Part shown: positions 9,518-17,638 of the stretch, piece by piece
Position numbering within the stretch: the first letter of the stretch is position 1
Layout of the letters: every line of letters begins with the position of its first letter
The notes under the pieces: generated by a model
Seen by the model: only the letters and a program-made list of their open reading frames with translations
Told to the model about the DNA's origin: nothing
The model's database searches: none
NCBI GenBank assembly: GCA_963782445.1
Contig: CAWAJM010000001.1
Coordinates: 926,224-990,223 of the forward strand
Reading direction: 5' to 3'
Origin: an uncultured Gammaproteobacteria bacterium
Lineage (GTDB): Bacteria > Pseudomonadota > Gammaproteobacteria > Steroidobacterales > Rariloculaceae
DNA: 64,000 nucleotides
Program-made: the position numbers and the translations under genes

Positions 9518-9540
9518 GCTATCTAATCCGATAAGATAGC
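9518..9540. promoter_or_regulatory. Candidate operator: 23-bp near-perfect palindrome centred in a 72-bp divergent intergenic region
   Basis: GCTATCTAATCCGATAAGATAGC matches its own reverse complement at 20 of 23 positions. Its centre (9529) is about the midpoint between the two start codons (9494 and 9567). Confidence 0.35.
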
Positions 9541-9566
9541 CGCTCTTATTGTAATTCGGGCCGCGG

Positions 9567-11348
9567 ATGACGCACGATCAGAGCATTCTATTTGGGCTGC
9601 TGGCATTTGTATTCGTTTTCCTGATCTGGGGCCGCTGGCGTTACGATCTCGTCGCGTTCGCGGCGCTCGTCGTCGCCGTGCTGGCCGGCGTGATTCCGGC
9701 GGAGCGCGCTTTCTCGGGGTTCGGCCACCCCGCGACGGTCATCGTCGCGCTCGTCCTCATCGTGAGCCGCGCGTTATCGAACTCCGGTGTCGTCGAGCTC
9801 ATCGGCCGCCGGCTCGTCTCGGCTTCGCGCAGCCTCGTCGGCCATATAGGCATCATGGCTGGCGTCGCGGCCGCGCTTTCGGCCGTCATGAACAACGTCG
9901 CCGCCCTCGCGCTGCTCATACCCGTCGATCTCGACGCAGCGGCCAAGGCCGAGCGCAGCCCCGCGCTGACGCTCATGCCGATGTCCTTCGCCGCGATTCT
10001 GGGCGGCATGGTTACGCTGATCGGGACCCCGCCGAACATCATCGTCGCGGAGTTCCGCCGCACGGCCGTCGGGGCGCCGTTCTCGATGTTCGACTTCGCG
10101 CCCGTCGGCCTCGTCTGCGCCGGCGTCGGCGTCGCGTTCGTTGCGCTGCTCGGCTGGCGGCTGCTGCCCGCGGACCGCCGCGAGCACGACAGCGCGCGCG
10201 AGCTCGACCACCTCAAGGATTACGTCGCCGAGGTGCGGGTGCCGGATGGTGCGTCTGCGATCGGCAAACGCCTCGCGGAGCTCGACGCCGTCGCGGCGGA
10301 GCGCGGCGTCGAAATCGCGGGGCTCGAGCGCGGCGGCCGCCGCAGTTTCGGCCCGCCGCGCGGGCTCGCGCTGCTCGCGGGCGACGTGCTCGTGCTCGAA
10401 GCGACGCCCGAAGGCATCGAGAAGTTCGTCGGCGCCTTGCGGCTCGAGTACCTCCCCGAGCGCGGGCGCCCGCAGAGCGCGCCTCCCCGGGAGGCGCTGG
10501 CGTTCGTCGAAGCCGTCGTGCCCGAAGGCGCCCGCATCGAGCGCCGCTCGGCCGCCGAGCTCAGGCTTCTGGCCCACCACGATGTGACGCTGCTCGGCGT
10601 TTCCCGGCAAGGGCGGCGTTTTCGCGAGCGCGTGCGCGATCTGCCGATCCGTGCCGGGGACGTGCTGCTGCTGCTCGGCGCCGAGGAGCGGCTCGCGGAT
10701 GCCGTGAGCTGGCTCGGCTGCCTGCCGCTCGCCGAGCGCGGCCTCAAGGTGCTGCAGCGCAACAAGGCGCTGCTCACGATCTGGGTCTTCGGCGCCGCCG
10801 TCGCGGCCGCGACCTTCGGCTGGGTATCTCTGGACGTCGGCCTCGCCGCGGCCGTCGCCGTGCTCGCGGCGAGCCGCGTCGTACCGCTGCGCGAGCTCTA
10901 CGACGCCGTCGAATGGCCCGTGATCATTCTGCTGGGATCCATGATTCCGCTCGGCACGGCGCTCGAGACGACCGGCGGCACGGACCTCATCGCCAACGCA
11001 ATCGTCGCGGCCGTCGGCCGGGGTTCGCCCGCCCTCGTGCTGACGCTGCTCATGGTCGTCACGATGTCGTTGTCCGATGTCATGAACAACACGGCGACGG
11101 CCGTGATCGGCGCGCCCATCGCGATCCGGCTCGCTGCCGATCTGGGCGTGCGGCCCGATCCGTTCCTCATGGCCGTGGCCGTCGCGGCTTCGTGCGCGTT
11201 TCTGACCCCCATCGGCCACAAGAACAACACGTTGATCATGGGGCCGGGCGGCTATCGCTTCGGCGATTACTGGCGCATGGGCCTGCCGCTCGAGCTGCTC
11301 ATCGTCGGCGTCGGGGTGCCGGCCATTCTTTGGATCTGGCCTTTCTAG
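9567..11348 (+). CDS. SLC13/DASS-type anion permease with two central TrkA-C (RCK_C) domains
   Basis: 593 aa. Hydrophobic N- and C-terminal halves flank a soluble, duplicated roughly 80-aa segment (VAEVRVPDGASAIGKRLAEL... and VEAVVPEGARIERRSAAEL...). Confidence 0.7.
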   Translation: MTHDQSILFGLLAFVFVFLIWGRWRYDLVAFAALVVAVLAGVIPAERAFSGFGHPATVIVALVLIVSRALSNSGVVELIGRRLVSASRSLVGHIGIMAGVAAALSAVMNNVAALALLIPVDLDAAAKAERSPALTLMPMSFAAILGGMVTLIGTPPNIIVAEFRRTAVGAPFSMFDFAPVGLVCAGVGVAFVALLGWRLLPADRREHDSARELDHLKDYVAEVRVPDGASAIGKRLAELDAVAAERGVEIAGLERGGRRSFGPPRGLALLAGDVLVLEATPEGIEKFVGALRLEYLPERGRPQSAPPREALAFVEAVVPEGARIERRSAAELRLLAHHDVTLLGVSRQGRRFRERVRDLPIRAGDVLLLLGAEERLADAVSWLGCLPLAERGLKVLQRNKALLTIWVFGAAVAAATFGWVSLDVGLAAAVAVLAASRVVPLRELYDAVEWPVIILLGSMIPLGTALETTGGTDLIANAIVAAVGRGSPALVLTLLMVVTMSLSDVMNNTATAVIGAPIAIRLAADLGVRPDPFLMAVAVAASCAFLTPIGHKNNTLIMGPGGYRFGDYWRMGLPLELLIVGVGVPAILWIWPF

Positions 11349-11450
11349 CCCGCAGCCGATACTGTCTGTTGCACTCCCGTCCCGCCTGGCGTGCGGCAGG
11401 GAGAACGTCTGCCGGCCGGTCGCGCTGCCGGCGCTTGCCGAGGAGAAAAC

Positions 11451-12392
11451 ATGAAAAGACTCACCCGCCTCGCCCTGATTGCCGCGGCGCTCGCGCTGCT
11501 GCAGGCCGCAGCGTCCGCGCAAACCGACGGCACGCCCGCCACGTCCTGCGACCGTCGCTGCCTGCTGACGTTCCTGACGCACTACACCGAGGCGCTGACC
11601 GACGACGACACTTCGCGCCTCGCCGTCGCGCCGAACCTGCGCGTGACGAGCAACGGCGCCGTGACCGAGCTCGGCAAAGGGCAAGTCTGGGGACCGGGCC
11701 GGCGCCTGCCGTATCGGCAGGCCTTCGTCGATCCGATCACGGGTGCGGCCGTGTTCTACGGCGTCGTCACCAACGTCATTCATTCGGCGCGCGCCGCCGC
11801 CAAGTCGGAAGGACCGAACGCGGCCGAGCACGCGTGGTTCTACGTCGTACGGCTCAAGATCGTCGGCCGCCGCATCGCGGAGGTCGAAGAGGTCTCGTAC
11901 GAGCCGCCCAAAGGCGGCTTCGGCGCCGATCCGTCCACGCTGCACCTGCCGGACCGCATCTTCGATGCCGTGCTGCCCGCCGAGGAGCGCACGCCGCGGG
12001 CCGAGCTGTTCCACATCGCCGACCTGTACTTCGACGCCGTGTCCAAGACGATCGACTACCGCAAGGTGCCGTGGCATCCGGAGTGCGAGCGCGTCGAGCT
12101 GGGCGTATTCACGGTCAACTCGGAGCGCTCGCCCGGCAGCTGCGGCGGCGAGTTTCAGGTCCCTTCGGTCAAGTGGAACGTCGAGAACCGCCGGTTCTAC
12201 GTGGCCGACGAAGCCCGCGGCCTCGTGCTGGCCGTCGCGAACTTCACGACGCCGCCCGAGTACCCCCACAACAACGGCTCGGTCGTGTTCGAGCTGTTCA
12301 AGGTGCAGGACGGCATGATCCGCCAGATCCAGGCCTTCTTCCGCGGCAACGGGCAGCTGCATTCGGGTTGGGGCAAGGGGCCGGGCTCGTAG
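11451..12392 (+). CDS. Secreted hypothetical protein
   Basis: Start is MKRLTRLALIAAALALLQAAASAQ (signal peptide), preceded by AGGAGAA. Codon usage looks like that of neighbouring genes. I recognise no family. Confidence 0.6.
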   Translation: MKRLTRLALIAAALALLQAAASAQTDGTPATSCDRRCLLTFLTHYTEALTDDDTSRLAVAPNLRVTSNGAVTELGKGQVWGPGRRLPYRQAFVDPITGAAVFYGVVTNVIHSARAAAKSEGPNAAEHAWFYVVRLKIVGRRIAEVEEVSYEPPKGGFGADPSTLHLPDRIFDAVLPAEERTPRAELFHIADLYFDAVSKTIDYRKVPWHPECERVELGVFTVNSERSPGSCGGEFQVPSVKWNVENRRFYVADEARGLVLAVANFTTPPEYPHNNGSVVFELFKVQDGMIRQIQAFFRGNGQLHSGWGKGPGS

Positions 12393-12429
12393 CGGCTCCG
12401 GTTTTGCTTGACGGTTGGAGGTCAACGGC

Positions 12430-12828
12430 ATGAAACGCGAGATCCCGCGCGCGGCCGCCTTGGCGGCGCTCGCGTTCTTCGTCGGTTCGGCGGCGGCCCA
12501 GGCACCCGGCGCGCAGGGCTCCAGGCCAACGGCCGCGCAGCCGACGCTCGAGCAGCGCGTCGCGGCCCTCGAGAAGCAGGTCGCGGGCCTCGAGACGCGG
12601 CTGCGCGCGTATACGAGCGCGAATCCGAGTGTGCCGAACGTGCCGCAGGCGGGGGCGTCTACGGCCGAGCGCGTCCAGCAGCTGCAGGCGACGGTCTCCT
12701 CACTGGCGGCCAAGGTCGAGGCGGCGACGCGCACGGCCGATCAGGCCCTGCGCGAGGCGCAGCAGGCGCAGCGCGTTGCGCAGGATGCGCAGCGGACGGT
12801 GAGCCGGCTGCAGTTGCGCGTACGTTGA
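12430..12828 (+). CDS. Secreted coiled-coil protein (Lpp-like alanine-zipper repeats, no lipobox)
   Basis: Start is MKREIPRAAALAALAFFVGSAAAQA (signal peptide), with GGAGG 8 nt upstream. The C-terminal heptad-like region reads ERVQQLQATVSSLAAKVEAATRTADQALREAQQAQRVAQDAQ. Confidence 0.55.
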   Translation: MKREIPRAAALAALAFFVGSAAAQAPGAQGSRPTAAQPTLEQRVAALEKQVAGLETRLRAYTSANPSVPNVPQAGASTAERVQQLQATVSSLAAKVEAATRTADQALREAQQAQRVAQDAQRTVSRLQLRVR

Positions 12829-12898
12829 CGCGCGCCCGATCTTTCAAAATAGTGAACATGTCACATTAAGTGTATCGGCTACGTACTATCGTTCTCGC

Positions 12899-13282
12899 AT
12901 GTCGGCCTTGAGAACGAACGAGCTTCTGGACAGCGCTACCGTCGAAGCCTTCGAGGCGTTCAGGTGCGGGATAGTGGAAGAGATCTCCGCCTACGAGAGA
13001 CGCGATCTTGCGCAGGATACCTATGAAGCCGTGACGCTGGCCCTCAGGGAACTGGATTCGATCGCGGGGCGAATCAGCAAGGAAAAGGCGCGGTTCGTAA
13101 GGGGGCTCAGCCGCGATCAGCTCAATCACATGAATCTGCATCGCAACAGCTACACCGTGAGTTTTCGTCCTCTGACGCTGCGCGTAAACAAGCAGATCAA
13201 CCGCTATCGGGCCTACAAGTTCCTGCGGCAGCGAGGTCGGTTTCCGGCGTGGAGCGAGATCGTCCGGCTATCCGAAACGTAA
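12899..13282 (+). CDS. Orphan hypothetical protein in a low-GC patch
   Basis: 127-aa ORF with no recognised motifs. Local GC is clearly below that of the flanks. It lies immediately upstream of tRNA-Arg. Confidence 0.35.
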   Translation: MSALRTNELLDSATVEAFEAFRCGIVEEISAYERRDLAQDTYEAVTLALRELDSIAGRISKEKARFVRGLSRDQLNHMNLHRNSYTVSFRPLTLRVNKQINRYRAYKFLRQRGRFPAWSEIVRLSET

Positions 13283-13374
13283 GGAAGCCCCGTGCAAACG
13301 GGCCCGAGCCGCGTCGATTCGCGGCAGCGCAGTTCTTTCTTTCCGGCAAGTCTAATGGGGTAGAATGCAGGCAT

Positions 13375-13450
<76 letters not shown>

Positions 13451-13659
13451 TTCGCCCATGGTCCATTCCCGCGTCTCACCCCGTCCGGCCTCCAAAAGAC
13501 GGCCCCCCTCCTGCGGGCTCGCGGAACCCGGCGTTGGCGTGGCCAATTCGTGACTCAATTACTGGAAGCTAACTTGCAGCGCCGGGAATATCCGGCAGAG
13601 TGAATATTGCGTCGCAGCCGCGGACTGCAAGCCGCAGAGCCAAACGGAGGAGACCAAGA

Positions 13660-14049
13660 ATGAAAAACATCGCTTTGTTGATCCTCGTTTCCATGGCGGC
13701 GCCGGCATGGGCCGGTGATACGGCCTTGAAGTGCGTTGAGAACGGCAACGCGAATCCCATAGTCATTCGGTTCGATGCAGAACGGAAAACGTTCCACCTC
13801 ACGGGCAAGGCGACCTGGGTGGTTCGCAAGCACCACGGTGAGGCCGCGGTCAAATCGGTCACGTTTGGGCCGGAGAAGATAATCGTGCGGTTCAAGAAGC
13901 GCGGCGTGCGGTTTCTTTCATTGGGCGCAATTGCCGCCGGTGCGGCTTCGTCGGGGACCGGAGTACTGGACCGTGTCCTTGGGACCTGGACGCTGGGCCC
14001 GCATACCTACAAATGCAGCCGCGTCTCGGACGAGACCCGAAAGTTCTAG
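13660..14049 (+). CDS. Small secreted hypothetical protein
   Basis: Start is MKNIALLILVSMAAPAWAG (signal peptide), preceded by GGAGGAG. GC is lower than in the core genes. No family recognised. Confidence 0.5.
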   Translation: MKNIALLILVSMAAPAWAGDTALKCVENGNANPIVIRFDAERKTFHLTGKATWVVRKHHGEAAVKSVTFGPEKIIVRFKKRGVRFLSLGAIAAGAASSGTGVLDRVLGTWTLGPHTYKCSRVSDETRKF

Positions 14050-14101
14050 AGGGACCCCCCGAAGCCCCGGCCAGCGCCCGGGCGCCGTCCGCGCGCCCGT
14101 C

Positions 14102-15559
14102 TCAGGCCGTCGCCGGCATGTCCGCGTCGGCGCTGGCCGGGACGCGGACCCTGAATACCGATCCTTCGCCGGGGCGGCTTTCGACCGTGATCGTGCCTGC
14201 GTGGGCGACGACGATCTTGCGGACCACCGAGAGGCCGAGCCCGGTACCGCTGCGCTTACCGACGCCGTCGCCGCGCCAGAACGGCTCAAAGATGCGCTCG
14301 CGGTCTTCGGCCTTGATGCCGGCGCCTTCGTCGGTCACGTAGAGCTCGGCCGTGCCGTCCAGGCACCTCGCGCCGATCCCGATCCGGCTTCCGGGCGGCG
14401 AGTATTTGATGGAGTTGCTGAGCAGATTGCCGACCACCTGCTCGATGCGCGTGCGGTCCGCGTACACGGGCACGGGGGCGTCGGCGAGTGCGAGCTCGAC
14501 GGTGTGGTCCGCGGCCGCCGGGCCGTATAGATCGACGACGGCCTTCACGGCCTCGCGAAGGTCGAACGGCTCGCGCGACAGCGTGAGCTCCCCGGCCTCG
14601 ATGTAGCAGGTCTCGAGCAGGTCGCTGACCATGCGTCTGAGATGGGCGAGCTGGCGGTCCAGCACGCCGACGAGCCGCTCGGTCTCGGCGTCCCAGCCGC
14701 GGTTCTGCACCTGCATGGCGTCGAGGCTGTACTGCAGGGCGGCCAAGGGATTGCGCAGATCGTGCGCGACGCCGGCGATGAAGGTGAGCTCGCGGGCCTT
14801 GCGGCGCTCGAGCTCATGGCTCATTTCATTGAAGGCACGGGCGATATCCGCGATCTCGCGCGGCGCGTTTTCGTCGGCTCGGGCGTTCGGGTCCCCGCCC
14901 CGATACCGATCGATCGTATCGCGCAGGCCGAGCACGGGCCGCAGCAGCAGATTGCGGATGGCCACGGTCATGAGCACGAGCAGGAGGGCGGCCAGCGCGA
15001 CGGTCGCGGCCGCCGCCGCGATGAAAAAAGAGCCGACGCGCTGCGCGTCCGCATAGGCCGCGTGGACTTCCTGCTCGTCCCGCTCGGCCAGCTTGCGCAG
15101 GCTTTCCAGCGCGCTGTTGAGATAGGGTCTGGCTCGCCGCTGGATCTCCTTGACGGGGATTCCGCTCTGGGCGAGCTCGGTGCGCTGCTCTAGATAGGCG
15201 TCGACGTCCTGCGCCGAGCGGCCGATGAGCGCGTTCTCTCTCGCGGATGCCGCCAACGCGACGATCTGGCGGATGCTGGCTTGGAGATCCGCGCTGACGG
15301 AGCCGCTGTCCTGCTGGGCGCGCGGGTCGTCGGTCAGGGCGGCCAGACGCTGGTAGTTCAGCAGCAACAGCTCGATGCGTGTCGCGAGGCGCAGGCTCTC
15401 GGAGTCGCGCACGAGCGAGCTGCTCGTGCCCTGGAGCTGACCCGCGACCCACGCCACACTGCCGGCCACGACGAGGCACAGCAGTACGAGCGCGGTCAGG
15501 CCGACGGCGGCCAGCCCGCGAACGCTCAATCCCGAGCCTCTCGGCGCCTGCATCTTCAC
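14102..15559 (-). CDS. Sensor histidine kinase (TM-sensor-TM-HAMP-HisKA-HATPase)
   Basis: H-box GVAHDLRNPL, N-box LLSNSIKYS, G-boxes DEGAGI and GTGLGLS. Confidence 0.9.
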   Translation of the reverse strand: MKMQAPRGSGLSVRGLAAVGLTALVLLCLVVAGSVAWVAGQLQGTSSSLVRDSESLRLATRIELLLLNYQRLAALTDDPRAQQDSGSVSADLQASIRQIVALAASARENALIGRSAQDVDAYLEQRTELAQSGIPVKEIQRRARPYLNSALESLRKLAERDEQEVHAAYADAQRVGSFFIAAAAATVALAALLLVLMTVAIRNLLLRPVLGLRDTIDRYRGGDPNARADENAPREIADIARAFNEMSHELERRKARELTFIAGVAHDLRNPLAALQYSLDAMQVQNRGWDAETERLVGVLDRQLAHLRRMVSDLLETCYIEAGELTLSREPFDLREAVKAVVDLYGPAAADHTVELALADAPVPVYADRTRIEQVVGNLLSNSIKYSPPGSRIGIGARCLDGTAELYVTDEGAGIKAEDRERIFEPFWRGDGVGKRSGTGLGLSVVRKIVVAHAGTITVESRPGEGSVFRVRVPASADADMPATA

Positions 15560-15683
15560 TCCCGACCCGGCCGGCGCTCTAAGACGGGCGCCGGTCCGGC
15601 CCGAGAAAGTCTGCCATACGGGCGAAGGCCTAGGCGAGGGCCTCAGGCACCGATGCCTAGGTGCCTGTAGCCCTTACAGGCCA

Positions 15684-16103
15684 TTAGTCGGGCCCGGGCA
15701 GCTCGACGACCTTCCAATAGTTCTCGACGAGCTCGATGGCGCGCATGAAGCTCGTGCCCATATCGGACTTGAGCATATATCCGGCGACATTGAGGTGATA
15801 CGCGTCGATCTTGTCCTGCTCGTCGTTCAACGTCGTCAGCACGAAGACGATCGAATCGCGCAACTCGCTGGAATCGCGGATCTTGCGGATCAGCTCGATG
15901 CCGTTCATGCGCGGCATGTTGATGTCGGTGATGATGAGAAACGGCCTGGGCAGCCTTTCGAGCGCAGCCACCGCCTCGACCCCGTCGCGCGCGACCTCGA
16001 CGGGATTGGCGATCTTGAGCTTGGCGAACGCCCACTTGAGCGCCTTGATGTCGACCTCGTCGTCCTCGACGAGCAGGATGGTCACCGCGCGGCTGGACGG
16101 CAT
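15684..16103 (-). CDS. Single-domain CheY/Rcp1-like response regulator
   Basis: 139 aa starting at MPSSRAVTILLVEDDEVD, with the phospho-acceptor region FLIITDINMP. Its start overlaps the stop of the upstream kinase (TGATG). The 418-aa ORF-track version is an artefactual extension. Confidence 0.88.
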   Translation of the reverse strand: MPSSRAVTILLVEDDEVDIKALKWAFAKLKIANPVEVARDGVEAVAALERLPRPFLIITDINMPRMNGIELIRKIRDSSELRDSIVFVLTTLNDEQDKIDAYHLNVAGYMLKSDMGTSFMRAIELVENYWKVVELPGPD

Positions 16104-17638
16104 CACGACACCTCTTCGACGGTGGGAGGGGGGCGCTTGCGCCACTCGAATCTGAACACGGCGCCGGAACCCTCCGGCGCGGGCTCGAACCATACGCGGC
16201 CGCGCTGCCAGGCGACGATGCGGTTCACGATGGCGAGGCCCATGCCGCTGCCCTCGACCTGGTCGCGCGGCTTGAGTGTCTGGAACATCTCGAAGACGCG
16301 GTCGGCGTACTCCGGCGGAATGCCGGGGCCGTCGTCGCGGATCGAGAAGACATACAGCTCGTCGCGCTCCTCGCAGGAAACCGTGATATGCCCGGCGGGG
16401 CCCGGGTGGTGCTTGAGCGCATTGCCGATCAGGTTCCTGAACACCTGCTCGAGCGGCGCGGGGTAAGTTTCGAAGGTCGGCAGCCGGCCTTCGATGCCGC
16501 AGGCGAACGATTCCGGCGGGTTCAGCAGCTGGATCGCGTCGAGCACGAGCGCGTGGACGTCCGTCTCTCGGCAGGCGCCGATTTTGCGGCCCGCGCGCGA
16601 ATAGGCCAGCAGGTCGTCGAGCAGCCGGCCGAGACGCTGCGTGCGCTGGCCGAGAAGTTGGAGATTCTCCTGCACGCTGCCGGCGTCGTAGTCGCCGATC
16701 TCCTCCTTGATCCATTGCACGAGCAGGTCGATGGCGCGCAACGGTGCCTTGAGGTCGTGGGACGCGACGTAGGCGAACTGCTCGAGGTCCTTGTTCGAGC
16801 GCACGAGCTCGGCCTGTTTGGCCTCGAGCGCAAGCTCGATGTTGCGCCGCTCCGTGACGTCGACGGCAAGGGAGAAGATGCCCTGGATGTGGCCCTCGGC
16901 GTCGAAGCTCGGGCGGTAGGAGAAGCGGAAGTAACCCCATTCGCTGCCGGCCGCGCCCGTCATTTCGTAGGAGACGGTTTCGCCCGCGAGCGCCCGGGCG
17001 TAGTACGGGCGGCGGGTCTCGAAGCGCTCCGCGCCGAGGAGCTCCGAGATGTGCCGGCCCTTCGCGTGCTCGGCGCTCCAGCCCGAGGCCTGGAGGAAAA
17101 CGTCATTGGCGAACTCGATGCGCAGGTCGCGGTCGAGGAACAGCAGCTGATCCGGCACGCCTGCGGCAAGCATGCGGAAGCGGGCCTCGTTTGCCCGGGC
17201 GTCGCGCTCGAGGCGCTCGTGGTCGGTGATGTCGGCGGCCTCGGAGCAGACGCCGCGGACGGTGCCGTCGGGACCGCGCACGGGCCGGTGCGAAACTCTG
17301 AAGTGACGCGTCGGGCCGCCGGGCCCGGCGATGGCCGTGTCGTAGGTGACTTCCTCGCCTCCGAGCGCGCGCTGCAGGGGCTGCGCATGCCGCGCGTACT
17401 CGGCCCCGAGCACCTCGCGCAGCGGCCGTCCCTCGAGCTCGGCCGGGCTGCGGCCGAACTGCTGGGCGAAGCGCGCATTGGCGAACTCGATCTCGAGTGC
17501 CGCATTCGCGTAGAAGAAGGCATTCGGCATGCCCGCCGCGATCAAGGCGAGCTTCTCGGCCGCGGCATTGGAGGTACGCATGAGCGTGTCGGCGCCCGGC
17601 GGGCGGGCTTCGGTCAGCGACTCCGCGCGTGTGCTCAT
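16103..17638 (-). CDS. Cytoplasmic PAS-PAS sensor histidine kinase
   Basis: 511 aa starting at MSTRAESL. Two PAS-like repeats precede the H-box ASHDLKAPLRAI, followed by NLIGNALKHH, DDGPGIP and GSGMGLAIV. Its start overlaps the upstream stop (ATGA). Confidence 0.88.
   Translation of the reverse strand: MSTRAESLTEARPPGADTLMRTSNAAAEKLALIAAGMPNAFFYANAALEIEFANARFAQQFGRSPAELEGRPLREVLGAEYARHAQPLQRALGGEEVTYDTAIAGPGGPTRHFRVSHRPVRGPDGTVRGVCSEAADITDHERLERDARANEARFRMLAAGVPDQLLFLDRDLRIEFANDVFLQASGWSAEHAKGRHISELLGAERFETRRPYYARALAGETVSYEMTGAAGSEWGYFRFSYRPSFDAEGHIQGIFSLAVDVTERRNIELALEAKQAELVRSNKDLEQFAYVASHDLKAPLRAIDLLVQWIKEEIGDYDAGSVQENLQLLGQRTQRLGRLLDDLLAYSRAGRKIGACRETDVHALVLDAIQLLNPPESFACGIEGRLPTFETYPAPLEQVFRNLIGNALKHHPGPAGHITVSCEERDELYVFSIRDDGPGIPPEYADRVFEMFQTLKPRDQVEGSGMGLAIVNRIVAWQRGRVWFEPAPEGSGAVFRFEWRKRPPPTVEEVS

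Noticed and set aside
9774-12734. 986-aa minus-strand ORF, the longest in the window
   Set aside because: It lies antisense to the DASS transporter and the secreted hypothetical gene. The translation is Arg/Ala/Gly/Pro-rich low complexity with no motifs. This is the typical stop-codon-poor mirror frame of high-GC DNA.
12866-13141. 91-aa minus-strand ORF antisense to the 127-aa orphan ORF
   Set aside because: There is no way to choose between strands from motifs. The plus-strand ORF is longer and has a plausible -35/-10 (TTGACG-N17-AATAGT at 12826-12854). Neither is strongly supported.
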